A DNA stretch of 64,000 bases from Owenia fusiformis (GCA_903813345.2 CAIIXF020000001.1:43896001-43960000); one strand, 5' to 3'. Counted from the stretch's first letter, positions 50,088 through 64,000 are shown. Notes: generated from the sequence alone by a model not told the origin. Program-made: numbers and translations.

Positions 50088-53000
50088 CTACTGCACTGAT
50101 AATGGAGGTACTTTTCCACCTGAAGGTGGTCTACTTCCCATTTGAGACTCAATTTCACGTAACTGTCCTCTCATTTTCTTAATTTCACCTTTCTGAAGTT
50201 CTATTATTTTTAACTTTTCTTGTAAATCTTGTTCGAGCATAGCGTTCTTATTGGTTGATGTTATATTGGCGAGAGTTTGTGCTGCCTCTCCTTGGTTACT
50301 TTGACGATGTAGCCCAAGCGCTGCCTCAAGGTCATGCACCTGCGTTCTGGCGATCTTTAACTCTCGACGAAGGTCATTAATCTCTTTAATGAGAGATACA
50401 TTTTCCTGAAACAAAATCGAAGCTAATTTAGTACATCTCCTAATAATATCTCAACTCAGGTAAAATGTGAGAGTGAGACTGAAGATAACAGAACTACATT
50501 ATACAACACAATGACTTGATCTCTATACTTCACGACACATGATGAACTGCTCTCTGATTTAAAATTGATATGACAGCTCTAAAACATGGATGTATTTTAT
50601 TCTTCCAAAAGCCTGTCACTAATCACACAATTTAGCCTTATATCTACCATGGGCACATTTTTGAACATTCTCAGATTTGAAAATTCCTAATTCCATTGCA
50701 TTGATAATGCAAATAAAGATGCAAAAACAAAAGATTTGAAAATAATTTAAAGATTGGATCATTTACCAATATGGGGAATATTTAAAAAGAAACCAACCTG
50801 CATAATTCTAACATTGTCTGCCCTGTGAATCTCCGTGTCCTTTGCAAGTTTCTTCCTCAATGATGCCACAGACCTCTCAAGATGCTCTCTCTGGCGGGCA
50901 TATTCCTTCTGTATGTCAGCATCTACACTGGCTGACTCAGTCTACACAAAGAAAGTAAATGCATTTATTAGTGTTAAAATCTTCTGGTGACTGTTCTCAT
51001 AAAATTGTATGCCAACTTATAGGAACAAAATGTTCATTGCAATAATCAGAAAAAGCTCATGAAATTGTTGTATTTTATTCAAACATAAATTACATGCAGA
51101 GAATCATGTTAACCATGGGCTTTTATTATAAAATTGACCTATTCTTGATAGTATTCTTGATAGTAAGATTATAATTTCTTAATCCACTTACAATATCTTC
51201 TTGCACATGCTTTTGGTAGAGTGCCTTGATGCTCTCCTTCAACATCTTGGGGTCCTGTATATATCCCACACAGTTGTGGAGGTCTGTCTTGAAGCGCTTC
51301 ACTGTGGCCTCCACATCTCTCACCCTCTGTCTCTCTTGATGCATTTCCTTGTCTGTGGCCTTTAGTTTCTGCCTCAGTTCTGTGATGTTCAGCTCTAGTT
51401 GTGTGTTCTGCTTGTGGAACCTCTCCAACTCACTCTCCATCTGAATTATGCAACATATATTAGAGTTTTTGTACAACTTAAATTAACTCTTCAAAATGCC
51501 TTTGATGATGCAGCTAGTTGACTGGTGGAGGCATCGATTTTTGTACAAAAATACATGTATGTTGTCTCAACTATACAAAAAGACATTCAGGAGATGATTA
51601 GATTTAGTCCCATCATTGTAATCACATTACAGAGGAGTAACTTACAAAAGAGAATTTCACAGTAATACAGTAAACAAACATACATATTCAAGTCAAATAC
51701 TTCACACTGTAAATGTGTTGAAATTGCACACTGCAAAAGTTTTTTTGGGAATATGCATGATTGGAATTGCGTACCTCTTGTATCTGTTCTTTCATGGCCT
51801 TGATGTCATTCTCTCGTGGCTCTATCTGTTTCTTCAATTCCTTGATCTTGTAGTCAAGTACAAACTTGAACTTCTCCAATTCTTGATTTTTCTTCTTCAA
51901 GTCATAGATCCTCTTTTCCTGTTGGAATAGAAAGCAATGAATGCATTGTATTGTATTGTATTGAATGTATTTGATGAATATTAAACATGTTAAACAAATA
52001 TTGTACATTTGTGGACAACTAAGAAAGTCAGAAGGATGGTGCTGTCAGACACTAATGATTGGCGCTCATTGACTGAAAAAAGAAAATTCTCCACATTTGA
52101 ATTTTCCGAACATTCAAGATCTTGAATCTGATACAATTGAGAGATTTTGGAACATACAAATAAGTCAATATATAACACCAAATACCTTATCTTGAATAGT
52201 CTCATCTCTCTCCTGGATTTCTTTCTTGAGTCCAGCAGCATCTTTCTCCATATTTCTGATGACATTCTGGAACTTAGTGCTTTCTCCTTGTAACTTCTTG
52301 ATCTCCTCCTTATGATCATCTATCTCCTTCTGTAGACTAGTGAACTGGAACATAGCATATTGCAACATTGTTCATTCTGTGTCCAGATATGTTAATTAAT
52401 GATATAGGACAACTGGGAATATGACTAGTTTTCATAGACTATTGTCTGAAATCAGCTGTGATTAAGATGAAATAAGACTAAATACAGGCACTATCCAGTA
52501 TTCACAATTGGCTCATTTTGATAATTTTGTGAACAAAGACCATTGTAAAGTTTTATCATGCCATCACTCAATGTACCTTTTTCCTCATAATGCCAGTTTC
52601 TCCTTTCAGCCTCATGTTGGCCTCCTTCTCATCTCTAAGTCTTCTCTCGTATTTATTCTTGATATCAAGGATTTCACGATCTGAGTCTTCCTCTATCTGC
52701 CTCTTGGTCTCCTCATATTCCTTGTTCTGCTGCCTGCCCTCATCATGAGACTACAAAGAATGGATCAAATTAATACTCTACTGTAAACAATATAATTATT
52801 AAAACAATATGCATTAGTTGGATCATTGGATAATGTGTTGTTGATCACGCTATTTGGCAAACTATTAAAATTGTACTATCATTGTAATTATTCATTGAGA
52901 AATAACAAAAATATAGAATGTAAAAAATCCAAAGAGGAAACCTACTTGCTCAAGCTGGCCAGTTTTTTCTGTTAGTTTTGTCTCATAGTACTCAGTAAGC

Positions 53001-56000
53001 TCTTCCAGGGCTCTCTCCTTGCTCTCCTCCATCTCCTGCAGCTGTCTCTCATAGTCCTCCTGCATCTTTTGAGATTTGGCCTGTAGCTCCTGGAACTTCT
53101 CATACTCCAACATCAGCTTTTGGTTGTTGGCTGACTCAAGATCTTGGAGTTCTTTGGCATGTTTCTCCATTTGTTCACTGGTTTCTTCCTCATGCGTGGC
53201 TTCAGACTTTTCCTTGTCTGTTTTCAATACTTGGTTTTTAGTTTTGAGGGATTCCATCTCTTGAATGAATTTTTCAGTCAACTCTTTGATTTTCTCATTA
53301 TAGTTCATGTCTTTAAGTCTAAGCTGGTATTCATTTTCCATTTTAAGCTCATCTACACGTGTTTTCAACTCGGCCATCATGGCATTCTTTTCTTCCAAAT
53401 CACTCTTGGTAATGAGAATTTCCTCTGCCCATCCTACTTCCTTGTCTCTCTTTAAACCTCTCCCTTCTTTGTCCTGTGCCTTCCAGATCATGATACAAGA
53501 GTCCTCAGAAATGGTGACAAGGTACTGATCATCATAAGTCATTTTCATCTTGGTGATGGCTGAGCTGTGACCTTGATGCTCTGCCCACTCCCCAGGTACA
53601 GTCAAAGGGAACTTCATAGACCTAAGTGTACCAGTTGATGTACCAGCGAATAACATTCTCCCAGAATGTGACATTGCCACAGCAGTTAGCGTAACATCAT
53701 GAGAGTCTACATCACGAAGAATCTGAGAGTCTGCAATTTCTTTAAGGGTTCTATCTGAGCCAACTGCAAATGTTGTCTTTCCATCTGGGGTAACAGCAAC
53801 ACTAGTGTAGCTACAAGACTTCAATACACTTTCTCCCACTCTCTTGCCATCAAAACTGTTCCATTCATACACAGCCCCATCCATGCCACAGGAGATGATC
53901 TTGGAATCATCAGCACTCCATTGTACAGATCTGACTTTGCCATTGTGTCCCTTCAAGTTGAGGACATTCTCAAAGGTGGTGGAGCTATAGATTTGGATGA
54001 CATTACCATGGACTGCTGCAAACATGTTGCCACCATTGCTGAATGAACACTGCAATAAAATAACACCTAGCTTAGGATAGTAGGGACACTTGATTGTGTG
54101 TGACATGCTACTCTAACATTGAGGGTTGGAAAAAAATTAAATTATTTTAAAGTTTTTTTTAGGCCTAAATGGTAACTTAAGCATCTTATCAACTTGAAAA
54201 GGAAAGTATGAAAACATATGCAAGTTGATCATTGCCTGCTTTTTGAAAAATCCTATGGTATTTAACAGGTTTTATTGATGATCTAATCTAACGCTTACCT
54301 CACGACAACCTCTGATGGTGAATTCCTTGAAGGTCCTGATGTCATCAATGAGGAGATTCATGAGGCGAAGCTTATCACTGAAGCCTACCAAGATGTACAG
54401 ACCAGATGGGTGAAGTGCAATACTATAAGCCTCCTCAGCAAACTCCTTGTACAGTTCAAGATTACTGAAATAAAAAACATGACATATAGCTCAACATTTT
54501 TTTAGACAATGATTTACTGCATGTTGAAATTTCAGAATAAATCATTCATTTTCAAGTATTTAAAATACATATGTATTGAACTGTTTTCCAATTTATGTTC
54601 TTTAATATTATATCTTAAAACTTAACTTATAACTTCAATTTCACTTACCAAGTCTCGAAGTTCCATATCCTGACTGATCTATCCAGGGAGCAGGTTGCTA
54701 CCAGAGGTTTCCTGGCACATACATCCAGGCCCAGTACTTGATTACAATGGAATGACTGGGCCAGTACTTCAAATCTTGCCTCATCACCTTGCTTCCCTAG
54801 ATCAGCACTGGAGAGAGTGATCCCATAAAGCTGCTGCACCTCAGTGGTACATACAAGGTTTTCCTCACTGGGGCTCACAGCAAGACTGAAGATTTGCTGT
54901 TGTTCATTCTTCTGAGGATCGGCACTGTTGGGGTCAGCTGGTACCTAAAAGATGAAGCGATTCCATATATTAAATTTGCATCAAATGTTTAAAGTAATTA
55001 AAGGTTTGTACTTGGGCATAAAAATGAAATATGTTATTTTTTCTTGTGGATACATCATACAACCTTTTAAAGCATTTTTATTTTGGAATTAAAACTACAC
55101 TACTTCAAAGAATCTTTCAATTCAATGAGTGAGGTTTGTACAACCTTTTAAAGCATCTTTAGTTGTTCAAATCTCCTTAGAAAGTCCACATGAGTGTTAT
55201 TTATACTGGATGGTAAACTACATTATCGTTGTTCAAGTCTCCTTAGAAAGTCCACAAACAGAAATTGTTATTTTCATTATTGCAAAAATCTAAATTTTCT
55301 TACTTTGATTTCCCTGGTTTTCTTGAAGAAGTCCTTGTCATCAGTTTTCTCAAACATGTGTACTGTACCTAGGCCACATGAGCAGGCAAATCCCTTAGAG
55401 TAAGCCACGAGAGCAGTAACAGCACATGACACAGCACCAACCTCCTCAGTCACACTGGACATCCTAATAACAAGATGAGTAAGAGATAAAAAATGAAACA
55501 TACATAATCAAGTGTAAGATTTATTCTCTATCAACAAGATGAGATACTAGATATAGTATGACTGAATGAAATACAAGGTTTTTAAGATCTATCTAATTAG
55601 TATATATTTACATCAAACCCAATTCCTCCCAACTGAATTCTAAACTAAAAAGGCAATATGTCAACACAATTAATTCTGTGAAAATTATGAAAGAAAAACC
55701 TACTTGTCTTTATCAGAACTTGACTGTTGCATACTGGACACAACATTGAACTCATTCTTTAATTCACCAGCTTCAAACAGCAGGAGTTTGCCTTTATCAG
55801 TACCAACTATCACACGCTCATCTGAGACCCAAGCCTGGCAGAGGTAGTTCTGAGGCTCCATCTTTTGGAAGGCAAATTGTTTAAGATTGCCCTCACTGTA
55901 TCTGAATAGCTTGAATATGCCATCTCCAACCACACATAGTTGGGTGTTGTCTTGTGGGTTAAATGTCACCTGAAATCATAATCATGAGACTTTATCATAC

Positions 56001-56711
56001 TAGGTACATAATACAAGGTGATGAAACACAGGAAAAACTGTCACAATGATGAAATCATTCAACCAATAGCACAGTAGAAAAGAAAGCCTGAAAATTATAT
56101 ATAAACAGTTTTGTCATAAAATTATTTCAAATTCACTTATAAAACAAAGTATATTTTACTTTAAGCCAAAGTTTCCATGAGCAGCATATTAGTCTCCCAA
56201 ATTGGGATAAGCTATGCAAATAAAATGTAGTTTTTCTTACCTGATAAATTGGTGCATTAGTCTGTGGGTTAGAGGTTTTTGTGACAGCCATAACTTTGGA
56301 TTTCTCCCATGTCCAATAGAGTAGAGTCCAGTCTGGCCTTCCAGCTTGAGCCACAAGATATTTGGAATCAGGTGAAAATGCTAAGCTGACAAACTCCTTT
56401 GACTGTACTTCTGTTGAACTTAATATTTTCCTTTTTCTTAAAGAATGCAGATCATATATTGTGATTGTAGCTTTTTCTCCTTTTTCTGCAATTGCAACAT
56501 ATCTACGATTTGGGCTCACAGTCATGGCTGTCATCCCTTGGCTTTTGTCAGATCCAGGAATAAACTTCTGGGACTTCTGGTCAATGTTGTACATGATGCA
56601 ATTTGCACCAGAGGGATAAACCACTGTTTGTTCATCATGATAGGCGATGTTTCCAGACACCTCCGATTTTAAGCCAAAAATATGGCGTGCTTGGGCTACA
56701 GCAATCGCCAT
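50088..56711 (-). CDS. CFAP57: Cilia- and flagella-associated protein 57 (WDR65), ~1216 aa, 12 coding exons
   Basis: Exons are 56711-56241, 55969-55704, 55463-55304, 54944-54649, 54464-54299, 54049-52946, 52750-52577, 52344-52186, 51918-51775, 51440-51192, 50941-50798 and 50405-50088 (3651 nt, in frame). N-terminal WD40 repeats and a C-terminal coiled coil with [36 protein letters not shown] and [17 protein letters not shown]. Confidence 0.95.
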
Positions 56712-57514
56712 TTTGGTATTGTGAATCGAGTCTTCTGAAATTAAATGCAAAAAGTTTAAAAATTGTACAATACAAGTATAACAAGGTCAAGTCTCTATGG
56801 TCATAAATGCGGTTATGTAAGTCTTTATCTTGGTTACCAATGGAGAAAGTGAAGGGGATTCCCCTTACTTGGGAGAACCCAGATTGTGACTCGTTGACTC
56901 ATAATTGCACACATTTCTGCCTGGTTACCCTGGATGAAAACTCAAATTGTGTGATAATGCACAAACACTTCATTGAAGTATGCGGCCATCATTTATCTGA
57001 GCCTTTTATCATATAGCCTACCTGCAGTATTTCTTAAACATAATCTACATGTAATAATAAAACATGCTCTGCTTAGAAACTTGCCAAAAGAAAGTCCTTT
57101 CAAGTCAACAATATATTTATGGCACGTTTGCATGGACCATAATACTAAGAAAAGCCCTTATATGAAATGAAGGGAAACATGTTCCATCGCCCACAACCAC
57201 AATGACAGTCAGAATCAGGAGTGGGTTCCAATAAGTTGATAAGGTTTAATTTTAAAAACAAACTGACAACTGAGTCTAGGTTAACCAATACCATAGAGTA
57301 TGGAATAGGTAAGACTATTTTACAGATTTCTACATATGATGTGTATTGTGTAGATATATTCAATTAGAATTGAAAGTCAATAAAATTAAAAAATTTTGGA
57401 TATCATTCCTGTCACTCAAAACCACAATTCCTTGCATTACTGCTGTCAGAATTTAGTAAACAGTATATCATATTGTACGTCGATGCTTATTTAATAAATT
57501 GAATGGATACTCAC

Positions 57515-57784
57515 GTTGTTTTCTATATCAGAAGTTAAGATTTCATCGAAAATGTGACATTAATTTCGTGCAATTTTCTTCTTGAAAAACTGTTTACCTC
57601 GCTGCGTTGCTAGAGTGATGACCACTGCGCAACAGGAAGTGCGCATGATTTTAACTCCCACAATGCATTCTGATAAAATTTCGGAAAAAACTTTGTGAGA
57701 TATTATTTTTGTTATTTTGTAGTTTTTCTGATGAATTGTGATCTTACCGATGTAGTGTAAGAGCGGCGGAGAAAACAATAGAAA
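57515..57784. promoter_or_regulatory. Putative bidirectional promoter of CFAP57 and ALKBH7, including a probable non-coding first exon of CFAP57
   Basis: Minus-strand donor gtgagt at 57514 and acceptor at 56735. Motifs: TGTTTAC (forkhead) at 57591, GTTGCTAG (X-box half-site) at 57606, CAGGAAGTG (Ets) at 57633. ALKBH7 ATG at 57785. Confidence 0.55.
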
Positions 57785-60700
57785 ATGATGATAACAAAAA
57801 ATATAAATATAATTAGGAATACTCTTGCATGGAGTGGACTATTACAAAAGTGTTATAAAAATATTGGAAATCATGCAAAATTTTCTTATAAAATTTCTCA
57901 GTACAGCTCAGTGGCATCTTTTGAAAGTGTTGACCATTGTCAACATCCATACATAACCGCAAGTGACAAAGAGACATTTGAAGCTCTAAAAAATGATGTC
58001 ATCTTGTACGAAGATTTCATCACTGTGGAAGAAGAGCAAGCAATATTGAAAGAGATAGAACCGTACATGAGACGACTGCGCTATGAATATGATCATTGGG
58101 ATGGTGTAAGACAATAAACATGTTTCATCTGTAAAGTCTTTCGATATCATTTTCATTGGTGGGCATACTAGTTGAATAGCGCCCCCAAAGACCCCTTAGA
58201 AAAAAATGAAAAATATCCTTAAAATACCCCCAAAAACATAAAAATAAGGATAAACACTTCAATTATGATAAAATACACCTTATTATCTAGTAAAAATCAC
58301 CAAAATAATACGATAGAATAGATTAGAATTTGATATAGATCTAGTTGGAAATACGTTAATATTCACTAGGAAGAAGTGTACTATATAACTAGTTAAATAG
58401 CGCCCCTCCTCCATAAATCCAATGGGAAATTAACACGTGGGGGCGCTATTTAACTAGTTATATATAGGAATCCAAAACTTTTCCGAAATCATTTATTATT
58501 CACTAGGAAGAAGTGTATTATATAACTAGTTAAATAGCGCCCCTCCTCCATGAATCCAATGGGAATTTAACACGTGGGGGCGCTATTTAACTAGTTATAT
58601 ATAGGAATCCAAAACTTTTCCAAAATCATTTATTATCCACTAGGAAGAAGTGTATTATATAACTAGTTAAATAGCGCCCCTCCTCTATAAATCCAATGGG
58701 AATTGAACACGTGGGGGCGCTATTTAACTAGTTATATATAGGAATCCAAATCTTTTCCAAAATCATTTATTATCCACTAGGAAGAAGTGTATTATATAAC
58801 TAGTTAAATAGCGCCCCTCCGCCATAAATCCAATGGCAAAATAACACGTGGGGGCGCTATTTAACTAGTTATATAAGACACTCCTTTTACCAATTTATTA
58901 TACGAAATGAAACAAAACTTATTCTACTTTTTTATTTTCAATATATTTATCAAAATATTTTTTATTACACAATCAACATACTTGCCTTGCATTCTAAAAG
59001 GGATTTATTTTTGGGGCCTAATATAAAAAAAGGGGCAAGGTATTTTTGGGGGAAAGTTAAATTTAAGTTAAGATTCTTAAAAAGGGGCGCTATTTAATAG
59101 TGCCCCTGAATGCTAAAACCATAATGTGAGGGGCACTATTTTATAATGCCCCTCACATTATGATGTCAGCATCCAGGGGCACTATAAAGTAATGACCCAA
59201 CAAAATGTTTTATCATGCCCTCAATTTATGTTTGGGGGCATTATTTTATAGTGACCCTGGATGCTGACAACATAATATGAGGGGCATTATAAAATAGTGC
59301 CCCTCACATTATGATTTAAGCATTCAGGGGCACTATTAAATAGCGCCCCTCACATTATGATTTTAGCATTAAGGGGCACTATTAAATAGCGCCCCTTTTT
59401 AATAATCTTAACTTTATTTAACTTTCCCCCCAAAAATACCTTGCCCCTTTTTTATATTAGGCCCCAAAAATAATCCCTTTTAGAATGCAAGGCATGAATG
59501 TTGGGTGTGTAATAAAAATATATATTTGATAAATATATTGGAAACAAAAAATTAGAATAAGTTAAATTTTGTTTAATTTTGTATAATAAATTGTTAAAAG
59601 GAGTGTCTTATATAACTAGTTAAATAGCGCCCCCACGTGTTAATTTGCCATTGGATTTATGGAGGAGGGGCGCTATTTAACTAGTTATATAGTACACTTC
59701 TTCCTAGTGGATAATAAATGATTATTGAAAAGGTTTGGATTCCTATATATAACTAGTTAAATAGCGCCCCCACGTGTTAATTTCCCATTGGATTTATGGA
59801 GGAGGGGCGCTATTTAACTAGTTATATAGTACACTTCTTCCTAGTGGATAATAAATGATTATTGAAAAGGTTTGGATTCCTATATATAACTAGTTAAATA
59901 GTGCCCCCACGTGTTAATTTGCCATTGGATTTATGGAGGAGGGGCGCTATTTAACTAGTTATATAGTACACTTCTTCCTAGTGGATAATAAATGATTATT
60001 GAAAAGGTTTGGATTCCTATATATAACTAGTTAAATAGCGCCCCCACGTGTTAATTTCCCATTGGATTTATGGAGGAGGGGCACTATTTAACTAGTTATA
60101 TAGTACACTTCTTCCTAGTGGATAATAAATGATTATTGAAAAGGTTTGGATTCCTATATATAACTAGTTAAATAGCGCCCCCACGTGTTAATTTCCCATT
60201 GGATTTATGGAGGAGGGGCGCTATTTAACTAGTTATATAGTACACTTCTTCCTAGTGGATAATAAATGATTATTGAAAAGGTTTGGATTCCTATATATAA
60301 CTAGTTAAATAGCGCCCCCACGTGTTAAATTCCCATTGGATTTATGGCGGAGGGGCGCTATTTAACTAGTTATATAATACACTTCTTCCTAGTGGATAAT
60401 AAATGATTTTGGAAAAGATTTGGATTCCTATATATAACTAGTTAAATAGCGCCCCCACGTGTTCAATTCCCATTGGAATTATAGAGGAGGGGCGCTATTT
60501 AACTAGTTATATAATACACTTCTTCCTAGTGGATAATAAATGATTTTGGAAAAGTTTTGGATTCCTATATATAACTAGTTAAATAGCGCCCCAACGTGTT
60601 AATTTCCCATTGGATTTATGGAGGAGGGGCGCTATTTAACTAGTTATATAGTACACTTCTTCCTTGTGGATAATAAATGATTATTGAAAAGGTTTGGATT

Positions 60701-63700
60701 CCTATATATAACTAGTTAAATAGTGCCCCCACGTGTTAATTTCCCATTGGATTTATGGAGGAGGGGCGCTATTTAACTAGTTATATAGTACACTTCTTCC
60801 TTGTGGATAATAAATGATTATTGAAAAGGTTTGGATTCCTATATATAACTAGTTAAATAGCGCCCCCACGTGTTAATCCCCATTGGATTTATGGAGGAGG
60901 GGCGCTATTTAACTAGTTATATAGTACACTTCTTCCTAGTGAATATTAACGTATTTTCAACTATATCGAATTTTAATCTATTCTATCGTATTATTTTGGT
61001 TATTTTTACTAGATAATAAGGTGCATTTTATTATAATTGAAGTATTTTCCTTATTTTTTGTTTTTGGGGGTATTTTAAGGATATTTTTCATTTTTTTCTA
61101 AGGGGTCTTCGGGGGCGCTATTTAACTAGTATGCCCATTGGTGGAATATTGGGTTTGTAGAAAAAACTGGGACAGCCTTATGATAGTCTATATGTTATAT
61201 ATTCATATTTTTCGTTTTTTGGGTACCCGGTTTTTCCGACCGGGTACCAAGTTTGAACCCAGCATGGAGGATTTACTACCCAGTACCCGGTACCCATTTT
61301 TTCTACAAACCCTGGAATATTGTTACAGTCCTTATCTGATAGTGTTAAATTAGAGGAGGTTATACTTCTATGTAGGTAATTGTCAGACTTTGGAAGGCCT
61401 GTATTGAGTGTCCGACAAATATTGAGGACATTGCCTCCCTGTACTCTAGTGAAAACTTCCGATGCAGTTGTCAATTCCCTAATTTGTCACAAATTCTTTG
61501 ATTGAATTTTACGTTTAGTCTTCACAGCATGAGCCTCAATAGTTACTGTACAAATTTTAATTTCAGAAAATGCTCGTATTAATCCTTCGGTATACTTACA
61601 ATTGACGATCAAACGAGATTTATCAAGTGTTTAGCTACTCCATTCGTAGCTAGTAACAGAGATACTCGAAAATGGATCTGAATATTGAAGTCCATTTAGT
61701 CCTGTGTTCAAGCATGGGATTTCTTATTAGAAATTCCGTGTCTGTACAAGCTTATTTTGACAGGGATGAATAATTTCCAAAATATAGTCAGATGTAATTG
61801 AAACCAAATTTAATAGCATTTGAATTCAGTGTACAAACTATCCTAAATAGATGTTACTGAAAACAGTTTCAACTGTGTTTATCAATCCTATGTTTGGACG
61901 AGTTCATTCTGTAGTTTTTTAGAACTACAAAATGCAATTGGATGTGATTCTAGTCAGTTATTTGTGATGAACTAACGAAAGGTAGGTGTTCCTTGACTCA
62001 ATTTTGGTCAAACTTCGTATACACTTGTATATGGAGAAAAATTGAAGAATAAGTCTAAATGAGAAAGTAAATAGATAATTCCGGCGTTGAGGCTCATGCT
62101 GTCAAAGGTATAATAGATATGTTATTAATTAAAGCTGTTATTTAATAGGCTATCCATGGCTTTAGAGAAACTGAGAGGAAGGAATGGAATGATGTTAATA
62201 GCGCAATAATTCAGAGGATCAAGAAAAAAGTCTTCCAGGATGCGACTCCTTTGGAGCATGTACACATCATTGATGTTGCTAAAGATGGATATATAAAGCC
62301 ACATATAGATGCAGTCAGGGTAAGTGTTATTTCCAGATCTTCATGTTATTAAATGTTTCTGTTCATGATGACCCTTTTTATTTTCATTAGCTGACTAATA
62401 ATTAAAGGTTTCTCTAACTCTATCCTATCAATTACTACTTGCTTAAATTGTTATCAGAAGTTCAAATCTGATTTTACCTTTAAGATTTTACCTTCAATGA
62501 CATTTTCGAGGTCAAAAGGTTAAAAAAGTCAAAGAGGTCTTTTTTCAACTTGCTCCAAATGACCTTTTTTTCAAAATCATCTACAAGCTCTCAAAAGTTC
62601 AAATCTGTCTATAGCTTTGACCTCCAATGACATTCTCATGGTCAAAAAAAAGATTTGACCTTCAATGACCTTCTCAAGGTCAAAAAGGTCTTCTCCCATC
62701 TTGTATATTGTTATAAAACATATTCATTTTTATATTTGTAGTTTTGTGGTAGCGCAATAGCAGGGCTATGTTTGCTGTCCAGTGCTGTGATGAGACTAAG
62801 GCATGAAACCAAACCTGGCATCTTAGATTTATTGCTCAAACGTAGAGGACTCTACATAATCAAGTGAGTTTAAGTTATTTGCTCACAGATTTGAGTAAAG
62901 TTAGGAGAACTGTGAATTGGTTTTAAATGTGTAACAACCAGGAATTAAATGTGGGTCAGGCATAGTCAAGCAAAGATGTGTCTAAATGGCATTCAATGGC
63001 TAATTACACTCATTGATAAAATTATGCTTATGTATCTCATTCCATGAAAAAAATAGCTAATATCATTGATTGTATACATCAATTATTGTCCAGGGATGTA
63101 TAGATACCTTCCAAAATCCAACTTCACGGACAACAGTTGGAAAAAAGCAAAAATTTATATATTGTTATATCACCGCCATATTATTTTTATCAGTGTCATG
63201 CAATGTTTCAACAATACTCCCCTATTTACCAAGTCATATTCCTGTTTTTCAATGGTAAGCCAAGGTTGAATTCCATAATCATTGGAACATCCAAATGCTG
63301 TAGTTACCCTTGTAATCATTAAATAGGCATTCTACCGTCTGACTAGCTCTAAATGATTTATAATTTCAATGCTGATTAGAAGTTAATGATGACTGTGAAA
63401 TGTAGCTTTCATAGTATATCAAGTGTTAAGTGAGTGTAAGCTACTATTGCATTTATTGGATAGAAAATATAATGTTGTGAATTTTACAACATATAATATT
63501 CTAATTGGATGTATGCTAGATGAAATAAATATGTCTTATTTAAAGAGTAAATATGAAGGTAAGCTCATATAAAGGTTGATTTGGTGTTTGTTTCAGAGAT
63601 GCTGCCAGATATGACTACACACATGAGGTATTAAAGTCAGATGAGTCCCATTTCAAGGGAGAGGAGGTCACCAGGGAGAGGAGAGTAGCTATTATATGTA

Positions 63701-63732
63701 GGAGTGAACCTAGGCCACAGGATATACACTGA
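57785..63732 (+). CDS. ALKBH7: Alpha-ketoglutarate-dependent dioxygenase AlkB homolog 7, mitochondrial; 249 aa, 4 exons
   Basis: Exons are 57785-58105, 62149-62319, 62742-62863 and 63597-63732 (750 nt, in frame). Motifs: RRLRYEYDHWDGAIHGFRETE, GYIKPHID (HxD), FCGSAIAGLCLLS, RYDYTHEV, RRVAIICR. Basic N-terminal presequence. Confidence 0.95.
58162..61135. mobile_element. ~3-kb modular foldback DNA element in ALKBH7 intron 1
   Basis: CATTGGTG|GGCATACTAGTT...AACTAGTATGCC|CATTGGTG (8-bp TSD; alternatively GGGC ends with a 6-bp TSD). Inverted arms hold 137-138-bp tandem units (about 4 left, 10 right), each itself a hairpin. Palindromic centre at 59085-59400. Confidence 0.9.
62450..62695 (-). repeat. 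Fragment of the GACCTT/AAGGTCAAA-rich repeat family also present at 16255-16530 and 17210-17340
   Basis: AAGTTCAAATCTG...TTCAACTTGCTCCAAATGACC is the reverse complement of GGTCAATTTGGAGCAAGTTGAA and CAGATTTGAACTT. Confidence 0.55.
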
Positions 63733-64000
63733 ACAGTATGTATAATTCAGTTTAATTTAGCATGTCAGAAATTTTTGTTCTGAAAGTCACAATATTGTTC
63801 CAAAATCTACACTTACTCAAGGGCCTAGCAGTTAGCAAAATGGATTACATATAAAAATTTACTGTGAAACATTTAAAGTATAAGTAATATGAAAATATGT
63901 TACAATAAAATAACAAAAACAGATACTGGAAATAAAGAATATAGATGATCAATAGACTATACTTTATTGGTGAAGAGGGGGAAAATCCCAGGGTTTAGAA

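Noticed and set aside
58363..60950. CRISPR-like array (palindromic repeats with spacers)
   Set aside because: The spacers are near-identical rather than unique, the unit is 137 bp, the context is a eukaryotic intron and there are no cas genes.

Overview
AT-rich, intron-containing animal genomic DNA. The GPCR subtype and the repeat types suggest a lophotrochozoan invertebrate; this is inference. Seven protein-coding loci were reconstructed by hand from GT-AG junctions and reading-frame continuity: (1) the last two exons of a DPF-repeat endocytic accessory protein (+); (2) an unrecognised 8-exon, ~366-aa acidic/basic protein built from an exon-junction-spanning repeat, with a recently triplicated 168-bp exon (-); (3) a 12-exon TECR (+), which hosts two nested genes, namely (4) an intronless UDP-glycosyltransferase (-) and (5) an intronless class-A peptide-type GPCR (+); (6) CFAP57/WDR65 (-); and (7) ALKBH7 (+), head-to-head with CFAP57. 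The ~15-kb intergenic region and the larger introns are packed with non-autonomous DNA transposons. These include Helentron-type HINEs, CAC-ended Transib-like elements, an Academ-like 4.7-kb element with a transposase remnant, Tc1/mariner-like foldbacks, a duplicated 8-bp-TSD MITE and a 3-kb modular foldback. The most striking structure is a Russian-doll arrangement in TECR intron 8. There the intact UGT gene sits inside one repeat unit of a HINE array, which breaks and resumes at a duplicated CAAGAT, about 60 bp from a fresh L1/Tx1-like insertion with a 15-bp TSD. All family assignments come from motif recognition, not database searches.
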